A stretch of 64,000 nt of DNA from Candidatus Aenigmatarchaeota archaeon (GCA_039090665.1 JAWCSL010000002.1:12052-76051), one strand, 5' to 3'; positions 39,153 to 49,579 are shown, numbered from the stretch's first letter. A program made the numbers and translations. The notes: generated by a model not told the origin, from the letters alone.

Positions 39153-39851
39153 TCATCTGAACAATTTTTCTGTTGGATAAACAATTATTCCTTTGCCAGA
39201 CTTTATTTCAAATGGATGCGAGTCTGTGTCATGGTCTGTTGCTCTCATTTTTCTTATTGTTATTCCTCGAGGAGAGCCTGAAGAGTAAGATAACAATATT
39301 ATGCCATCTGAAGTGAACTCCTCTATTCCGAAAGATGAAATAGAATTAGAACCTTCTGGAATTTCGCAAGTGAGTAAAGCAGTGCAATTCAATTTCTTGA
39401 GTAGTTTATCTAACTCAAGCAAACTCCTTCTAATCTCTAATGGTCTTTCGAAGAAAAGGCTTATAACTGTTATGGGATCAATAACTACCCTTTCTGCACC
39501 TATTTTTTCAACACTGTTTTCTATCAAATTCTTGAATTTTTCAAAATCATAAATATCTGATTTAACAAAAAGCAGCTTTCCCTCTTTTTCCAATTTTTCC
39601 AAAGGCCAACCAAAAGTTAAGTTCATATACTTTTTTATTCTATCGACACTTTCTTCTAAAGATATGTACACGCCTTTTTCATTTTTTTCCAAAGCACCAT
39701 TCACCAAGAACTGTAAAGATAATATTGTCTTACCAGATCCAGGGGTACCTGAAACAAGAACAGTAGAGCCTTTTGGAAAACCTCCTTTGAGCAAGATATC
39801 CAAACCTTTTATACCTGAAGAAGTTCTTTCTATACCGTCAACTTCTTTCAT
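39153..39851 (-). CDS. KaiC/RadA-like RecA-superfamily ATPase (possibly FlaH/ArlH-like)
   Basis: Walker A SGTPGSGKTILSLQF and a Walker-B-like VVIDPIT; 232 aa, single domain. Confidence 0.6.
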   Translation of the reverse strand: MKEVDGIERTSSGIKGLDILLKGGFPKGSTVLVSGTPGSGKTILSLQFLVNGALEKNEKGVYISLEESVDRIKKYMNLTFGWPLEKLEKEGKLLFVKSDIYDFEKFKNLIENSVEKIGAERVVIDPITVISLFFERPLEIRRSLLELDKLLKKLNCTALLTCEIPEGSNSISSFGIEEFTSDGIILLSYSSGSPRGITIRKMRATDHDTDSHPFEIKSGKGIIVYPTEKLFR

Positions 39852-39886
39852 AATTTAATTTATTCCCCTAAGGTATAAGAATTAAT

Positions 39887-40474
39887 ATGGAGAAGTCGAT
39901 AGAGACCATAAAAGGTGAGAAAAATCTTAAAAAATTTGTCAAAAAACTTGAACCAAAAACTGTGGTTTTGTTCATCATTGATGCAAAAAAATATCATAAG
40001 ATACACCCAAAGCTCCTCCAAACTATAATAAAAGAAAAGTGTTTTGCTGGAATTTACATAACAATAAACAAACCTTACAGTACTTTGATAAAATACCTTA
40101 AAGAAAATAAAATAAACACAGACAATATTTTCTTTATTGATGCTATATCAAAGAGTGTTGGTGGAGAAATGAAGATGACAAAAGACTGTTTATTTATTCC
40201 ATCTCCTTCTCAACTAACTGATTTGGCAATAGCTCTAACACAAGCTCTAGAAAGTATGGAACATAAGGAAAACAAATTTATTTTTTTAGATTCTCTTTCA
40301 ACTTTGTTGATTTATAACTCTTTTGAAGTTGCGGCCAAGTTTGTTCATTTCGTAATCTCTAGGCTTAGATTGTTTGGGCTTGTTGGAATGATAATCTCAA
40401 TAGAAAAGCAAATAGACGAGAGAATGTTAAATATTTTAATAGAGATGTGTGATAAGGTGGTGGAAGTTAAATGA
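39887..40474 (+). CDS. degenerate KaiC/RecA-fold protein lacking a P-loop
   Basis: Retains the RecA-family FLDSLSTLL (Walker-B-like) but has no GxxxxGK[ST]; 195 aa; 4-nt overlap with the next gene. Confidence 0.4.
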   Translation: MEKSIETIKGEKNLKKFVKKLEPKTVVLFIIDAKKYHKIHPKLLQTIIKEKCFAGIYITINKPYSTLIKYLKENKINTDNIFFIDAISKSVGGEMKMTKDCLFIPSPSQLTDLAIALTQALESMEHKENKFIFLDSLSTLLIYNSFEVAAKFVHFVISRLRLFGLVGMIISIEKQIDERMLNILIEMCDKVVEVK

Positions 40475-40821
40475 TTGAAATCTTCTTTCAGATCTTGAGC
40501 TTGCTCAACTCCATTTTAGCTTTCATAACAGTCATTATTTTTGCTCGTTCTAACATTAAATTCACGAAGGGTGAGCTACAAGAAATAATCAATTATTTTG
40601 TTTGGGGAACAATATTCATGTTTGGTGGAATGATAGCTCAACTTGAAGTCGAGTTTTTAAATTTAGCTGGCACACCGATAGACATGATAAAATATTTCCT
40701 GTTTTTAGGAGGTTTCTCATACTACTTGCTTGCTTCCTTTAAGATTCATAAGATGTCAAAAGTTTTAGGCTTCGCTTCAGGAGAAATGCCTAAGAAACTT
40801 AAAAAAATCCTTAAATCTTAA
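40471..40821 (+). CDS. small membrane protein (3 TM, 116 aa)
   Basis: Hydrophobic segments only. Confidence 0.45.
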   Translation: MIEIFFQILSLLNSILAFITVIIFARSNIKFTKGELQEIINYFVWGTIFMFGGMIAQLEVEFLNLAGTPIDMIKYFLFLGGFSYYLLASFKIHKMSKVLGFASGEMPKKLKKILKS

Positions 40822-40846
40822 TTTCAAGGAACAGTTAATTTAGATT

Positions 40847-41257
40847 ATGAAAGCTCAAGTTGCACTTGAATATTTGATGATAATTTCTTTTGCTTTAATG
40901 GTTTTGTTACCTTATGCTCTTCATCTTCAAACAGTTTCTCAAAATTTGAGAGAAGATAACAATTTAGCTATAGCTTCAAATTCTCTACAAAAAATAGGTC
41001 AGGCAGCAGATTGGGTATTTTCTCAAGGCGAACCTGCAAAAATTACAATTTTAGTCCAAATTCCTGCTAATGTTGAAGAGATTTCTTTTGCCGGAAAAAT
41101 GATGAAATGGAAAGTTAGAACTAGTGCTGGTTTATCAGAAATTTACTACATTTCTTCAGCCAACTTGACGGGAAGTTTGCCTACCACTCCAGGCTACTAT
41201 AATTTATTGATTCAAGCTATGGGGAATGGGGTGAAAATAAGTGTCAGCCCAAGTTAG
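40847..41257 (+). CDS. pilin-like protein (class III signal peptide)
   Basis: MKAQVALEYLMIISFALMVLL. Confidence 0.6.
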   Translation: MKAQVALEYLMIISFALMVLLPYALHLQTVSQNLREDNNLAIASNSLQKIGQAADWVFSQGEPAKITILVQIPANVEEISFAGKMMKWKVRTSAGLSEIYYISSANLTGSLPTTPGYYNLLIQAMGNGVKISVSPS

Positions 41258-41630
41258 CCTAGAATTCATTTCTTTACTTTCACTTCTTTTCATCTTTTTA
41301 TTTCTCACAATCTATCACAGCTCCAATCTTTATATTCAAACAAACAGAGCAAAAGTATTAAAAGAAGCTCAAACAATAAGCGATCAAATTGCTTCTGAAA
41401 TAAACTTGGCTCTTAAAGCAGGGAGTGGCTATTCAAGAATTTTCACTATCCCCCAAAAAATTTCTAATGCAATAGATTACAACATAACAGTAAAGGATTA
41501 TCTTGTGATTTTGAGTTGGAATAATGGTTTTGTCCAATCCACAATTTTGACAAGAAACATAAGTGGCGAAATCTTGAAAGGTGAGAACTTGATAAGAAAT
41601 TTAAATGGTGTAGTTTATGTTAACCAATAA
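41241..41630 (+). CDS. pilin-like protein
   Basis: MSAQVSLEFISLLSLLFIFLFL. Confidence 0.55.
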   Translation: MSAQVSLEFISLLSLLFIFLFLTIYHSSNLYIQTNRAKVLKEAQTISDQIASEINLALKAGSGYSRIFTIPQKISNAIDYNITVKDYLVILSWNNGFVQSTILTRNISGEILKGENLIRNLNGVVYVNQ

Positions 41631-42099
41631 AGCTCAAGTTGTCACTTATGATTTTTTCATAGCTTTAGCTATTTTCTTTTTAGTTATGGGTCTGGTGATG
41701 AGTATTTGGTATTATACAGTGATTCAAGCGGAAGAAAGTATGGAAAAGAGATTGGCTTATAATAACTTGCTTTCTGCATCTCAAGTTTGGTTCAAAGAGG
41801 GATTCCCAAAATATTGGGATGCTGAGAATGTAGTTGAGCTAGGCTTGTCGAATGATGGAAAAATAAATGAGACAAAAATAGAAATGCTTAAAAATTCTGT
41901 TGGGTATTCTAAAGCAAGCCTTCTGCTTAATCTTGGTAATTTTAACTTTTGTTATGAAGTTTATGACAAATCCGGAAATTTAATTTTTCGCTTTCCTCAA
42001 AATTTAGATCTTAGTTCAGCAAGAAACATATACAAGATAGAAAGAATTGGAATACTGAATGAGCAACCTGTGAAAGTGAGGACTTTGATATGGAATTGA
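41617..42099 (+). CDS. pilin-like protein
   Basis: MLTNKAQVVTYDFFIALAIFFLVMGLV. Confidence 0.55.
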   Translation: MLTNKAQVVTYDFFIALAIFFLVMGLVMSIWYYTVIQAEESMEKRLAYNNLLSASQVWFKEGFPKYWDAENVVELGLSNDGKINETKIEMLKNSVGYSKASLLLNLGNFNFCYEVYDKSGNLIFRFPQNLDLSSARNIYKIERIGILNEQPVKVRTLIWN

Positions 42100-44024
42100 A
42101 AGGTTTAGCTTTTACAACAGACATTTTAATAGGCTTAACTTTAGTTATATCTTTAATCCCTCTCTTTTATTTTGTAATTGAGTCAAATTATCCAGAAACT
42201 TCTTTTCAGTCTTTGACCTACCAGGCAAATGATTTGATTGAAATACTAGCAAATTTGAAAGCAAGCTCTTTTTCAAACACATCTACAATTTCCATGCTCT
42301 TATCAAATAAAATAATTTCAGAAACTGATTTAAACAAAACTTTGTTAGATTTAATAGGAACATTCTGGTATTCTGGAAACAAAAGCATCGCTTCAAATAT
42401 AACAAAAGAAGTCCTGGAAGGTTTGACTGAAAAATGCTTCAGCCTCCAAACTCACAACGAAACAATCTATTCATCTTGCTCATCTAATCCAAAAACAGTT
42501 TCTGTTGCTTACAGGTTGGAATCTGGCTATGAAATCGGAAAGCCGGTTTCTGGTTATGTAGCAAGGGCATGGGCAACAAAAGTGAGAAAAAACACCACTC
42601 AAATAATTATTTTCTATCCAGAAGGCTCAGGTTGGACTGCTCAAAGGTTGGAAATCACGAAAAACTTTGCTTTACCAACAAACATAACAATCTACAATGC
42701 AACTTTGTATGTTTCAATCCATTTCGGAACTTCCAAATCCCAAGCCCAATTCGAGCAACTTAAAATCAATGATGTTCAAAAGAAAAATGATATAAAATGG
42801 CTTTACATGCAAGAAGAAGCTTTTGGGTGGGAAATTACTACAGCAGCTTACGGTGTTGTTGATGTTACAAATGAAATTCAACCGGGAAACAATTCAATTT
42901 ACTTGGTAATAGGAACACCAAACTACCATTCTCACATTCATCCAGGCATGAGACTTATAGTAACTTATAGCTTAAGCCAAGAACTTTCAACAGGTAACAA
43001 AAGTTTCAAGAAGAGATATTATTTCGATAATGTGGTAGGAAGGACAGGTGCTTGGTCGATGGTCTCTTTCTACATTCCAGAAAATGCAAAAAACGCGAAA
43101 GCTCAACTTCATCTCAAAACTTTAGAGGTTGATGATACTGTAGATTTGTTTGGAAGAAATTCTAGCGATGTGATAATTTACTTCAATTCAGGTCACATCT
43201 TTTATAAAGATGGATATTGTTCTTCTCAAAATTGTTATCCTTCATGCAGCATCTCAGGCCTTTATTACAGGAATTGTCGAAAAGTTGGTGTTATGAATCC
43301 TGAACTCTTCTTGAATCTCACAAACAACTTGACGATAGGAACAAACGTGATTTCAGTGTATTTGAACAATTATGGTGATGTTCATTGGGGAGATCAAAAG
43401 GCAATAATTTATTCAGATCCCCTGAATGATCCTGAAGGATCTTCTTATGTTGAAGTCTATTATGAAATGGAAGAACCAACTTTCAATTATGGTGAGATTG
43501 ATATAACTAGAGAAATGTTGTTTGGAGGCTCTGCTAGCAACCCAAAAACTTTCAATTTCACTCTAAACCAGAGCCAGAATAAAGTGATAGAGGCTTTTGT
43601 TCATATAGCCCAAGGTTTCAGTAGTATGGTTAACGCTTCAATAAACAATTTCTGGATCTTCACTTCACCTTCTATTCGTGTGGTTCCTGAAAATGTGTAT
43701 GTTTATCCCAACAAATTAAGTGTTGGAAAAAATTCAATAAGGCTTGTGGACTTTCAAGAAGGTGGCTCTATTTCAGGAACAAACTACATCTTACCATGGT
43801 CTTCTTTTGAATATACATACCTTGTTAAAGGTTTAGTTGGTTATGGAAATGTTTTCAATTCTTCTCAACTTGCAATAGAAGATGCTAAGCAAAGGCTTAT
43901 TTCTCAAATGGGTGAAGAGGGAATAAAACCGGAAGGGATTCAAGTTGATTCTCAATCCGTTCAGGGTTTGAGATGGCTTTGGGGTCCAAGCTTGTTCAAA
44001 ATCTTGGTATGGGAGAGAGAATGA
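42090..44024 (+). CDS. large pilus-associated extracellular protein (644 aa) with a pilin-like N-terminus
   Basis: MELKGLAFTTDILIGLTLVISLI then a sequon-rich, beta-rich domain. Confidence 0.5.
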   Translation: MELKGLAFTTDILIGLTLVISLIPLFYFVIESNYPETSFQSLTYQANDLIEILANLKASSFSNTSTISMLLSNKIISETDLNKTLLDLIGTFWYSGNKSIASNITKEVLEGLTEKCFSLQTHNETIYSSCSSNPKTVSVAYRLESGYEIGKPVSGYVARAWATKVRKNTTQIIIFYPEGSGWTAQRLEITKNFALPTNITIYNATLYVSIHFGTSKSQAQFEQLKINDVQKKNDIKWLYMQEEAFGWEITTAAYGVVDVTNEIQPGNNSIYLVIGTPNYHSHIHPGMRLIVTYSLSQELSTGNKSFKKRYYFDNVVGRTGAWSMVSFYIPENAKNAKAQLHLKTLEVDDTVDLFGRNSSDVIIYFNSGHIFYKDGYCSSQNCYPSCSISGLYYRNCRKVGVMNPELFLNLTNNLTIGTNVISVYLNNYGDVHWGDQKAIIYSDPLNDPEGSSYVEVYYEMEEPTFNYGEIDITREMLFGGSASNPKTFNFTLNQSQNKVIEAFVHIAQGFSSMVNASINNFWIFTSPSIRVVPENVYVYPNKLSVGKNSIRLVDFQEGGSISGTNYILPWSSFEYTYLVKGLVGYGNVFNSSQLAIEDAKQRLISQMGEEGIKPEGIQVDSQSVQGLRWLWGPSLFKILVWERE

Positions 44025-44986
44025 AAGGAATATTTTTCAGTTCGATGATAATTTTCTTAATAACTTGCTTATTCATATTTTTTTCTATTCAGAGATCTAT
44101 GCTATCTTTTTATTCCTCTCAAAGGGCAATTGAAAACAGGGTAGAAGCCATGATCAAATTTTATGAAAGTGTAGTTTATGATTCAAGAAAATCTATGGAA
44201 ATTACAGCACAAAGGGCAACTTGCTCTGCAATAAATTATGTAGTCACAACAGGTTCTCCTTTACAATCTTCAAATGAAACTATAGCAGAGCTCATACTTC
44301 AAGGTACAATTAATTCTGAGCCTCAAGGGCTAATGGAAGCATCTACCGTGAAAGATTGGGAAGATAGTATAGAATACTTGGGAACTCTTCAAGGGTTTAG
44401 GACTAGTGTTGATATAAGAGATTTGTTGATAGAGCCTGAAGATAGTTATCATCTCTCCATTTCTTACACTATTTTTGTAGAGCTTTATGATGATAACATC
44501 AAAACAAACCTTACAAAAAACTCAAGAGAAAAAATAATTATGAGCATAGAAAATATGGAAGATCCTCTTTATCCACTGAACACTTTAGGCAGAATAGTAA
44601 ATATAATAAGACCAAGTCCACATTGGCTCAACTACTCTAGTGAAGACACTTCAAATTTGAAGGACGATTTAGAAAATTCTTACTATCATCCTAGCTTATA
44701 TGGAGCAAGTTTTCTGGATAGGCTTGAAGGCAAGTTCTTCGTTCAAGAAAAATACTTCAAACCAAACCCAATCGGACTGGAAAGTTTTGTCAATAAAGAC
44801 AAAATCCTCAGTGCAGGCTTGCCGATAGACGCTTACGCTACAAATATAGATTATCTTTACTTCTCAAAGAGTGGTGTAGATGCTTATTCTATTTCAGGAA
44901 TGCCTTCTAATTTTAGATTAGATAATGAGACGAGTCTAGAAGGGAAGACCCACCTTCAAATATACAATGTCACGGTGATTGAATGA
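44021..44986 (+). CDS. pilus-associated protein with pilin-like N-terminus (about 321 aa)
   Basis: Likely start MKGIFFSSMIIFLITCLFIFF at 44021 (4-nt overlap, atga); the tracked ORF 43973 start is less plausible. Confidence 0.5.
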   Translation: MKGIFFSSMIIFLITCLFIFFSIQRSMLSFYSSQRAIENRVEAMIKFYESVVYDSRKSMEITAQRATCSAINYVVTTGSPLQSSNETIAELILQGTINSEPQGLMEASTVKDWEDSIEYLGTLQGFRTSVDIRDLLIEPEDSYHLSISYTIFVELYDDNIKTNLTKNSREKIIMSIENMEDPLYPLNTLGRIVNIIRPSPHWLNYSSEDTSNLKDDLENSYYHPSLYGASFLDRLEGKFFVQEKYFKPNPIGLESFVNKDKILSAGLPIDAYATNIDYLYFSKSGVDAYSISGMPSNFRLDNETSLEGKTHLQIYNVTVIE

Positions 44987-45720
44987 AATTAAAATATAAA
45001 ATTTCACTCATAGCCTTGATGTTAATAATATTGAGTTCCCTAATCTTGGGTCCAAAAGAGTTTAAACAAGCTTTTTTTCAATATTTTGAGAGAGACAAGG
45101 GAGAAGAAAGCACTTCAACTCAAAATTTAACTCAAAGTCAAACTGGCCAAACGAGCGAGACTAATTACTCCACAAGTCCACCCCAAGAAGGTGAAGGAGG
45201 TGCTGGGGAAACAAGCAAAGAAGAAGAACAAGCAGCAAAAGCAATAACCCTTGAAATCACAGACATTTGTTCAGGAAAGCTTGATCTATTCACTATTTCA
45301 GAAGGTGCTACCAAATGCTTGAACAAAAAATATCCATATCAAATAATCCTTGAAAAAAATTCAACTCATTTGACAACAAGTTTTTATGGTTTAAGCGGGT
45401 TTGAAGAAAGCTATGAGCTGAACGAAACTATTCTAATCTTCTTCATCTTTGCTGAGGATGTAGCGAGCGTGAGCCATGAGATTCAATCTTTCAGTTTGGA
45501 AGGGGGTCAAGACTTCAGTTTGGGTCAATATTATCTCCACACAATCTGGGAAAGAGATGCTGTTGGAAATTTAGTGATCTCAAAGATGATAGCAATTTTG
45601 CCTTTGCAAGTAAACGGCAATATTATGAGCAGTGATTGGAAAGAGCTTAAATTCTATCTAAATATACCTAACAAAACTTATTATTTGGGCAACCTTTGGG
45701 TCTTAGTGAAAGAAAAATAA
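44983..45720 (+). CDS. secreted protein with an N-terminal TM/signal and an acidic S/T/Q-rich linker (245 aa)
   Basis: MKLKYKISLIALMLIILSSLILG, then ...STSTQNLTQSQTGQTSETNYSTSPPQEGEGG.... Confidence 0.5.
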   Translation: MKLKYKISLIALMLIILSSLILGPKEFKQAFFQYFERDKGEESTSTQNLTQSQTGQTSETNYSTSPPQEGEGGAGETSKEEEQAAKAITLEITDICSGKLDLFTISEGATKCLNKKYPYQIILEKNSTHLTTSFYGLSGFEESYELNETILIFFIFAEDVASVSHEIQSFSLEGGQDFSLGQYYLHTIWERDAVGNLVISKMIAILPLQVNGNIMSSDWKELKFYLNIPNKTYYLGNLWVLVKEK

Positions 45721-45730
45721 AAGAAAAAAG

Positions 45731-46141
45731 CTAAGACGCTCCATGTAAAGTTGCATTAACACTGCTCTCTATACCGCTAGCAACATCTATGAAGGTTATT
45801 TTCACTTCTACATCTCCAGCAAAGCAACCACTGCAAGGTATGGAAAGTCTTGATTGTGGTTTTCCATTTATGGGTATTTCAAAGATGTTTGAACCTTTTG
45901 AAGTATCAACTCGTGTAACATTTATTTCTCTTGGTCCTACAATCACCGAAAGGGTATTAGCACCATGATAGTCATAGGTAATTGCTGCGCCAGGCGGGAA
46001 ACATGGACTACAAGGTCCACCAACACCACCGCCAGGCAATTTGAAAATACCCATTGCATATAAAGCTGCAACCACTGCAATTACTATCAAGATTGCCCAT
46101 CCATATGTCATCAAAAACTCAAGGGCTGCTTGTGCTTTCAT
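45731..46141 (-). CDS. archaeal type IV pilin (candidate major pilin)
   Basis: Canonical MKAQAALEFLMTYGWAILIVIAVVAALYAMGIF class III signal; 136 aa with Gly-rich and Cys-containing regions. Confidence 0.7.
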   Translation of the reverse strand: MKAQAALEFLMTYGWAILIVIAVVAALYAMGIFKLPGGGVGGPCSPCFPPGAAITYDYHGANTLSVIVGPREINVTRVDTSKGSNIFEIPINGKPQSRLSIPCSGCFAGDVEVKITFIDVASGIESSVNATLHGAS

Positions 46142-46172
46142 AAATTATATTTAATTTTTCCGCCTTTTAAAG

Positions 46173-47168
46173 CTATAGAGTTGCTGCTGGGACAAGGAAG
46201 CCTATGAGGCTTGAGAGAACAAGTCTTGCTATGAAATAGATTGTTAGGTTGATTGTCAAGAGTAAGGGAATGTATTTCAAACCAGCTTTTTCCTTCCCCT
46301 CTTGCAACAAACCTATGAGCAAGCTGCCAAAAATCGATGAAAAAATTAAAGTTAACAAACAATAAGCTCTGATGAAATCTGAAGAAACTTTAACTACACC
46401 AAGCTTCAAGCTTCCTATGGTGGTGTAGCTTGCAGCTTCCTCTATTCTCAGCTTGCTTCCTATTGTGCTCATGGTCTCAACCAAATAGGAAGAAAATGCA
46501 AATAGGACAGGAGAAGCAAAACCCACGGCTATGAAGATGAAAATGGCATACATTCCAACTTGTGCTGCTATCTCTTTTTTCAAGAGCTTAAGCTCTCTTA
46601 TGTCTTCAGCCGTTTGCTCGAGTAAGCTTGCTATTTCTCCCCCCTTTCTCATACCTTCAACTATCAAGTTGAAAGTCCTGTTTATTATTTTAGACTTAAT
46701 TTTCTTTCCCAAAGAAAGCAAAGCATCTTCCAAAGCTTCACCAGCTATTGCTTTTGTGGCAGCCATCTTAATCTCTTTTTCCAAAACGCCAAACTCTGGT
46801 CTGGCAGAATAAAGTAAGGCCTTGTCTGGGGTTAAACCAGAGCGAATGTTTGCCGCCATTAGTTGCAGAGCATCGGGAAGAACAGATTCTGCAAAGCTTC
46901 CCCTCTTATCACCTATCAATATTATAATGAGATCAATTATCAATTGAATTCCAATGAAAGTTAAAGGAATCAACAGCAACACAAACCATCCAAAAACAAA
47001 GATAAAAGGAAGCAACAAGAATGAAAATGCAAGAGAGTAAAGAAAAGATAAGGACAAGAACTTTTCTATTTTCATCTCAATTCCAGCATACTCTAAATTC
47101 TGCTCTAACCATTTCACATACTTCTTGGGATAAATCCACCTTATTCTTCTATAAGCTCTTTCTATCAT
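46173..47168 (-). CDS. FlaJ/TadC-like platform membrane protein
   Basis: Polytopic with a cytoplasmic helical domain; 4-nt overlap with the upstream paralog. Confidence 0.65.
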   Translation of the reverse strand: MIERAYRRIRWIYPKKYVKWLEQNLEYAGIEMKIEKFLSLSFLYSLAFSFLLLPFIFVFGWFVLLLIPLTFIGIQLIIDLIIILIGDKRGSFAESVLPDALQLMAANIRSGLTPDKALLYSARPEFGVLEKEIKMAATKAIAGEALEDALLSLGKKIKSKIINRTFNLIVEGMRKGGEIASLLEQTAEDIRELKLLKKEIAAQVGMYAIFIFIAVGFASPVLFAFSSYLVETMSTIGSKLRIEEAASYTTIGSLKLGVVKVSSDFIRAYCLLTLIFSSIFGSLLIGLLQEGKEKAGLKYIPLLLTINLTIYFIARLVLSSLIGFLVPAATL

Positions 47169-48043
47169 ACTTCCACACTTGGTCTTCTACTTTTAACCAT
47201 TCCTATGAGCATAACTTGAAAAACAGCAACAACAAACAAAATCAAAAAGAATATCGTCTCTGGAACTTGTATGCCAGCAAAAGTAGAGAAAATTATGAGA
47301 AAAGTTATTCCAAGAGTAGGTAAAATTACTGTCAGCATCAAGTACATTAGAGCTAGTGGGCTGAGTTGAGAGCCATACTTCCTTATCTTCACTTTCTGCT
47401 CTTCTGAAAGATTTTGGGCTATGATGTTGAGTGTATTTCCCAAATCACTTCCTGCTCTTAAGCTGTTGACTATTTGCCAAATAACCCTCTTGAAACCGAC
47501 ATTCGGAACTCTAAAAGCAAGTTCTTCTAAAGCTTGGGTTTCTTCCTTTCCTGTTGCTATTTCTTTAACACATTTTTCAAATTCTTCCGAAACAGAGCCA
47601 TAATTTCCTTTCGAAACAGAAACCAAAGAATCAAAAATTGAAACTCCTGACTTGATTTGAATGAACAAATGCCTTATAGCAAACAAAAGATTTTTTTCTA
47701 TGTCTCTGTCTTTTCTTGAAAGCAAGAGGCTTGGATAAAAGCTGATGTAATTGAAGACAACCACAGATATCAAAAGAGAGAAGACGAGCGAAAGTAAGAG
47801 TAGATTTTTCCCAGCTACCAATCCGAGAATTAGGAAGATTGAAAAAACCAAGAAAAACCAAAAGACAGAAGAAAAAATGGCTATTGCCAAATACTCTCTG
47901 TCTTTCAAGTTTATTTCAGCTTGAATCAACTTCTGGGCAAGGAAAGGATTCAGTTTGACAAGTCTGCTCGATAGAAATAAAAACGGTCTTGAAAGTTTCA
48001 AAACCTTTTGAACTGGAAACGGAACAAATGGTATTCTTTTCAT
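47165..48043 (-). CDS. FlaJ/TadC-like platform membrane protein
   Basis: Paralogous architecture; 4-nt overlap with the ATPase gene. Confidence 0.65.
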   Translation of the reverse strand: MKRIPFVPFPVQKVLKLSRPFLFLSSRLVKLNPFLAQKLIQAEINLKDREYLAIAIFSSVFWFFLVFSIFLILGLVAGKNLLLLSLVFSLLISVVVFNYISFYPSLLLSRKDRDIEKNLLFAIRHLFIQIKSGVSIFDSLVSVSKGNYGSVSEEFEKCVKEIATGKEETQALEELAFRVPNVGFKRVIWQIVNSLRAGSDLGNTLNIIAQNLSEEQKVKIRKYGSQLSPLALMYLMLTVILPTLGITFLIIFSTFAGIQVPETIFFLILFVVAVFQVMLIGMVKSRRPSVEV

Positions 48044-49551
48044 TCAAACCAACTTTTTATCACTTTCTCCACACTTTCTTTATTTTCAACAGCTTTAACC
48101 AATTTCTCAGGTGAAGAATAATAAATTGCTATGAGCCTTCCAAGCTTGTTCAAATCTTTAACTTGATTTTCAACAAACCATTTCAATATCCTTACTTTTT
48201 CCTCCACATTTTTTTTGATTTCTTGTTCAGTCATACCTGTGTGCATGCCGATCTCTTCCACAATTCTCAAACTATCATTCTCTCTTTCAATTTCATCTTT
48301 CACAGGCTTCCATCTGTAGAGAGTGTTCAATTGCGGGCCCTGTTTTTCGTTTCCTGGCAAAATTTCACTCAGTTGAAACATCCTTCTTATTCCTAACCTT
48401 CTATCCCTGAAAGCAACTGCAATTAAGTGCAAAGCCTCTATCACACTTTCCGGCACATTTATTGGTGGGTTTATTAATCTTTTCAAGGCTTGCTCTGCTG
48501 TATCAGCATGCAAAGTAGCATAAACTGAATGGCCTGTGTGCATGGCTTCAAAAAGGACTTCTGCTTCTCTAGCTCTTCTTATTTCACCAACTATTATCCT
48601 ATCAGGCCTCATTCTCAAACTGTTTACAAGCAGGCTGAGCATGCTGACTTCTCCCAAACCTTCGGGATTTGGTTCTCTTGTTGTCAAAGGTACCCAATGT
48701 AAAAAATCAGCCAATTGTAACTCGCGCGTGTCTTCAATAGAAACTACCCTTTGATTTGGTGGGATAAAACTCATGAAAACATTCAGCAAAGAAGTTTTTC
48801 CGCTTGCTGTACCACCAGCTACAATCATATTCATCTCATACTGGATAGCAAGCCAAATTAAAGCAGCCACTTCATAATTCAAAGTTTTGTTCTCTATGAA
48901 ATCCACTATTGTCCATGGTGATCTTCTGAATTTTCTTATTGTTATTGTATTTCCATGAGTTGAAATAGGGAACAAAGTTGCATTGACTCTATCTCCAGTC
49001 GGTAAGTGAGCATCCATGAGCGGGTTGAGAAGCGTGATTTGTCTTCCAACTTTTCTCCCTATATTATTAGCATAATTCAATATCTCGCTTTCTTGCTCGA
49101 TTCTTATATTAGTTTTAAGCCAACCATACTTCTTATGATAAACCCACACGGGCTCTTTAGAGCTGTTAATTACAACTTCTTCCAAGTTTGGGTCTGCAAG
49201 CAAGAACTCAATCTTTCCCAAACCAAACATTTCTTGTATAAGAGATCCAATCAAATACTTTTGAGTGCCCTCATCAACAAAAGGCATCTCTTTCTTGAAA
49301 ATTTCCATTCCTTTTTCAAAAAATTTTCTCTTCAAGTTTTCTATTGAAGTTACATCCATGAGTTCAGCTGGCTTGATTGGAATTTCGGTCAAGAGCATTG
49401 TCCTGATTTTTTCCAGAAGGACAGAAGTGCCTGCAGCTATTTCTGGAAGCTTAAGCTCATAGATGAGAACGAAATCAGAAGTTTTTTTTATTGTGACAGA
49501 AGCTTCTATTCCTTCCGAGCTAACTTTGTAGCTCTCAAACTTTTCACTCAT
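48040..49551 (-). CDS. FlaI/TadA/GspE-family secretion ATPase
   Basis: Walker A VAGGTASGKTSLLNV, GEIRR motif, His box; 503 aa. Confidence 0.85.
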   Translation of the reverse strand: MSEKFESYKVSSEGIEASVTIKKTSDFVLIYELKLPEIAAGTSVLLEKIRTMLLTEIPIKPAELMDVTSIENLKRKFFEKGMEIFKKEMPFVDEGTQKYLIGSLIQEMFGLGKIEFLLADPNLEEVVINSSKEPVWVYHKKYGWLKTNIRIEQESEILNYANNIGRKVGRQITLLNPLMDAHLPTGDRVNATLFPISTHGNTITIRKFRRSPWTIVDFIENKTLNYEVAALIWLAIQYEMNMIVAGGTASGKTSLLNVFMSFIPPNQRVVSIEDTRELQLADFLHWVPLTTREPNPEGLGEVSMLSLLVNSLRMRPDRIIVGEIRRAREAEVLFEAMHTGHSVYATLHADTAEQALKRLINPPINVPESVIEALHLIAVAFRDRRLGIRRMFQLSEILPGNEKQGPQLNTLYRWKPVKDEIERENDSLRIVEEIGMHTGMTEQEIKKNVEEKVRILKWFVENQVKDLNKLGRLIAIYYSSPEKLVKAVENKESVEKVIKSWFE

Positions 49552-49579
49552 AAAATAAATTTTCTCTTTCGTATAAATA

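Noticed and set aside
39887-40474. Considered calling this the archaellum protein FlaH and the locus an archaellum.
   Set aside because: The protein lacks a P-loop, which real FlaH/ArlH retains. No FlaF/G/X/CDE-like or single-chain FlaJ genes are present. Kept only as 'KaiC-like'.
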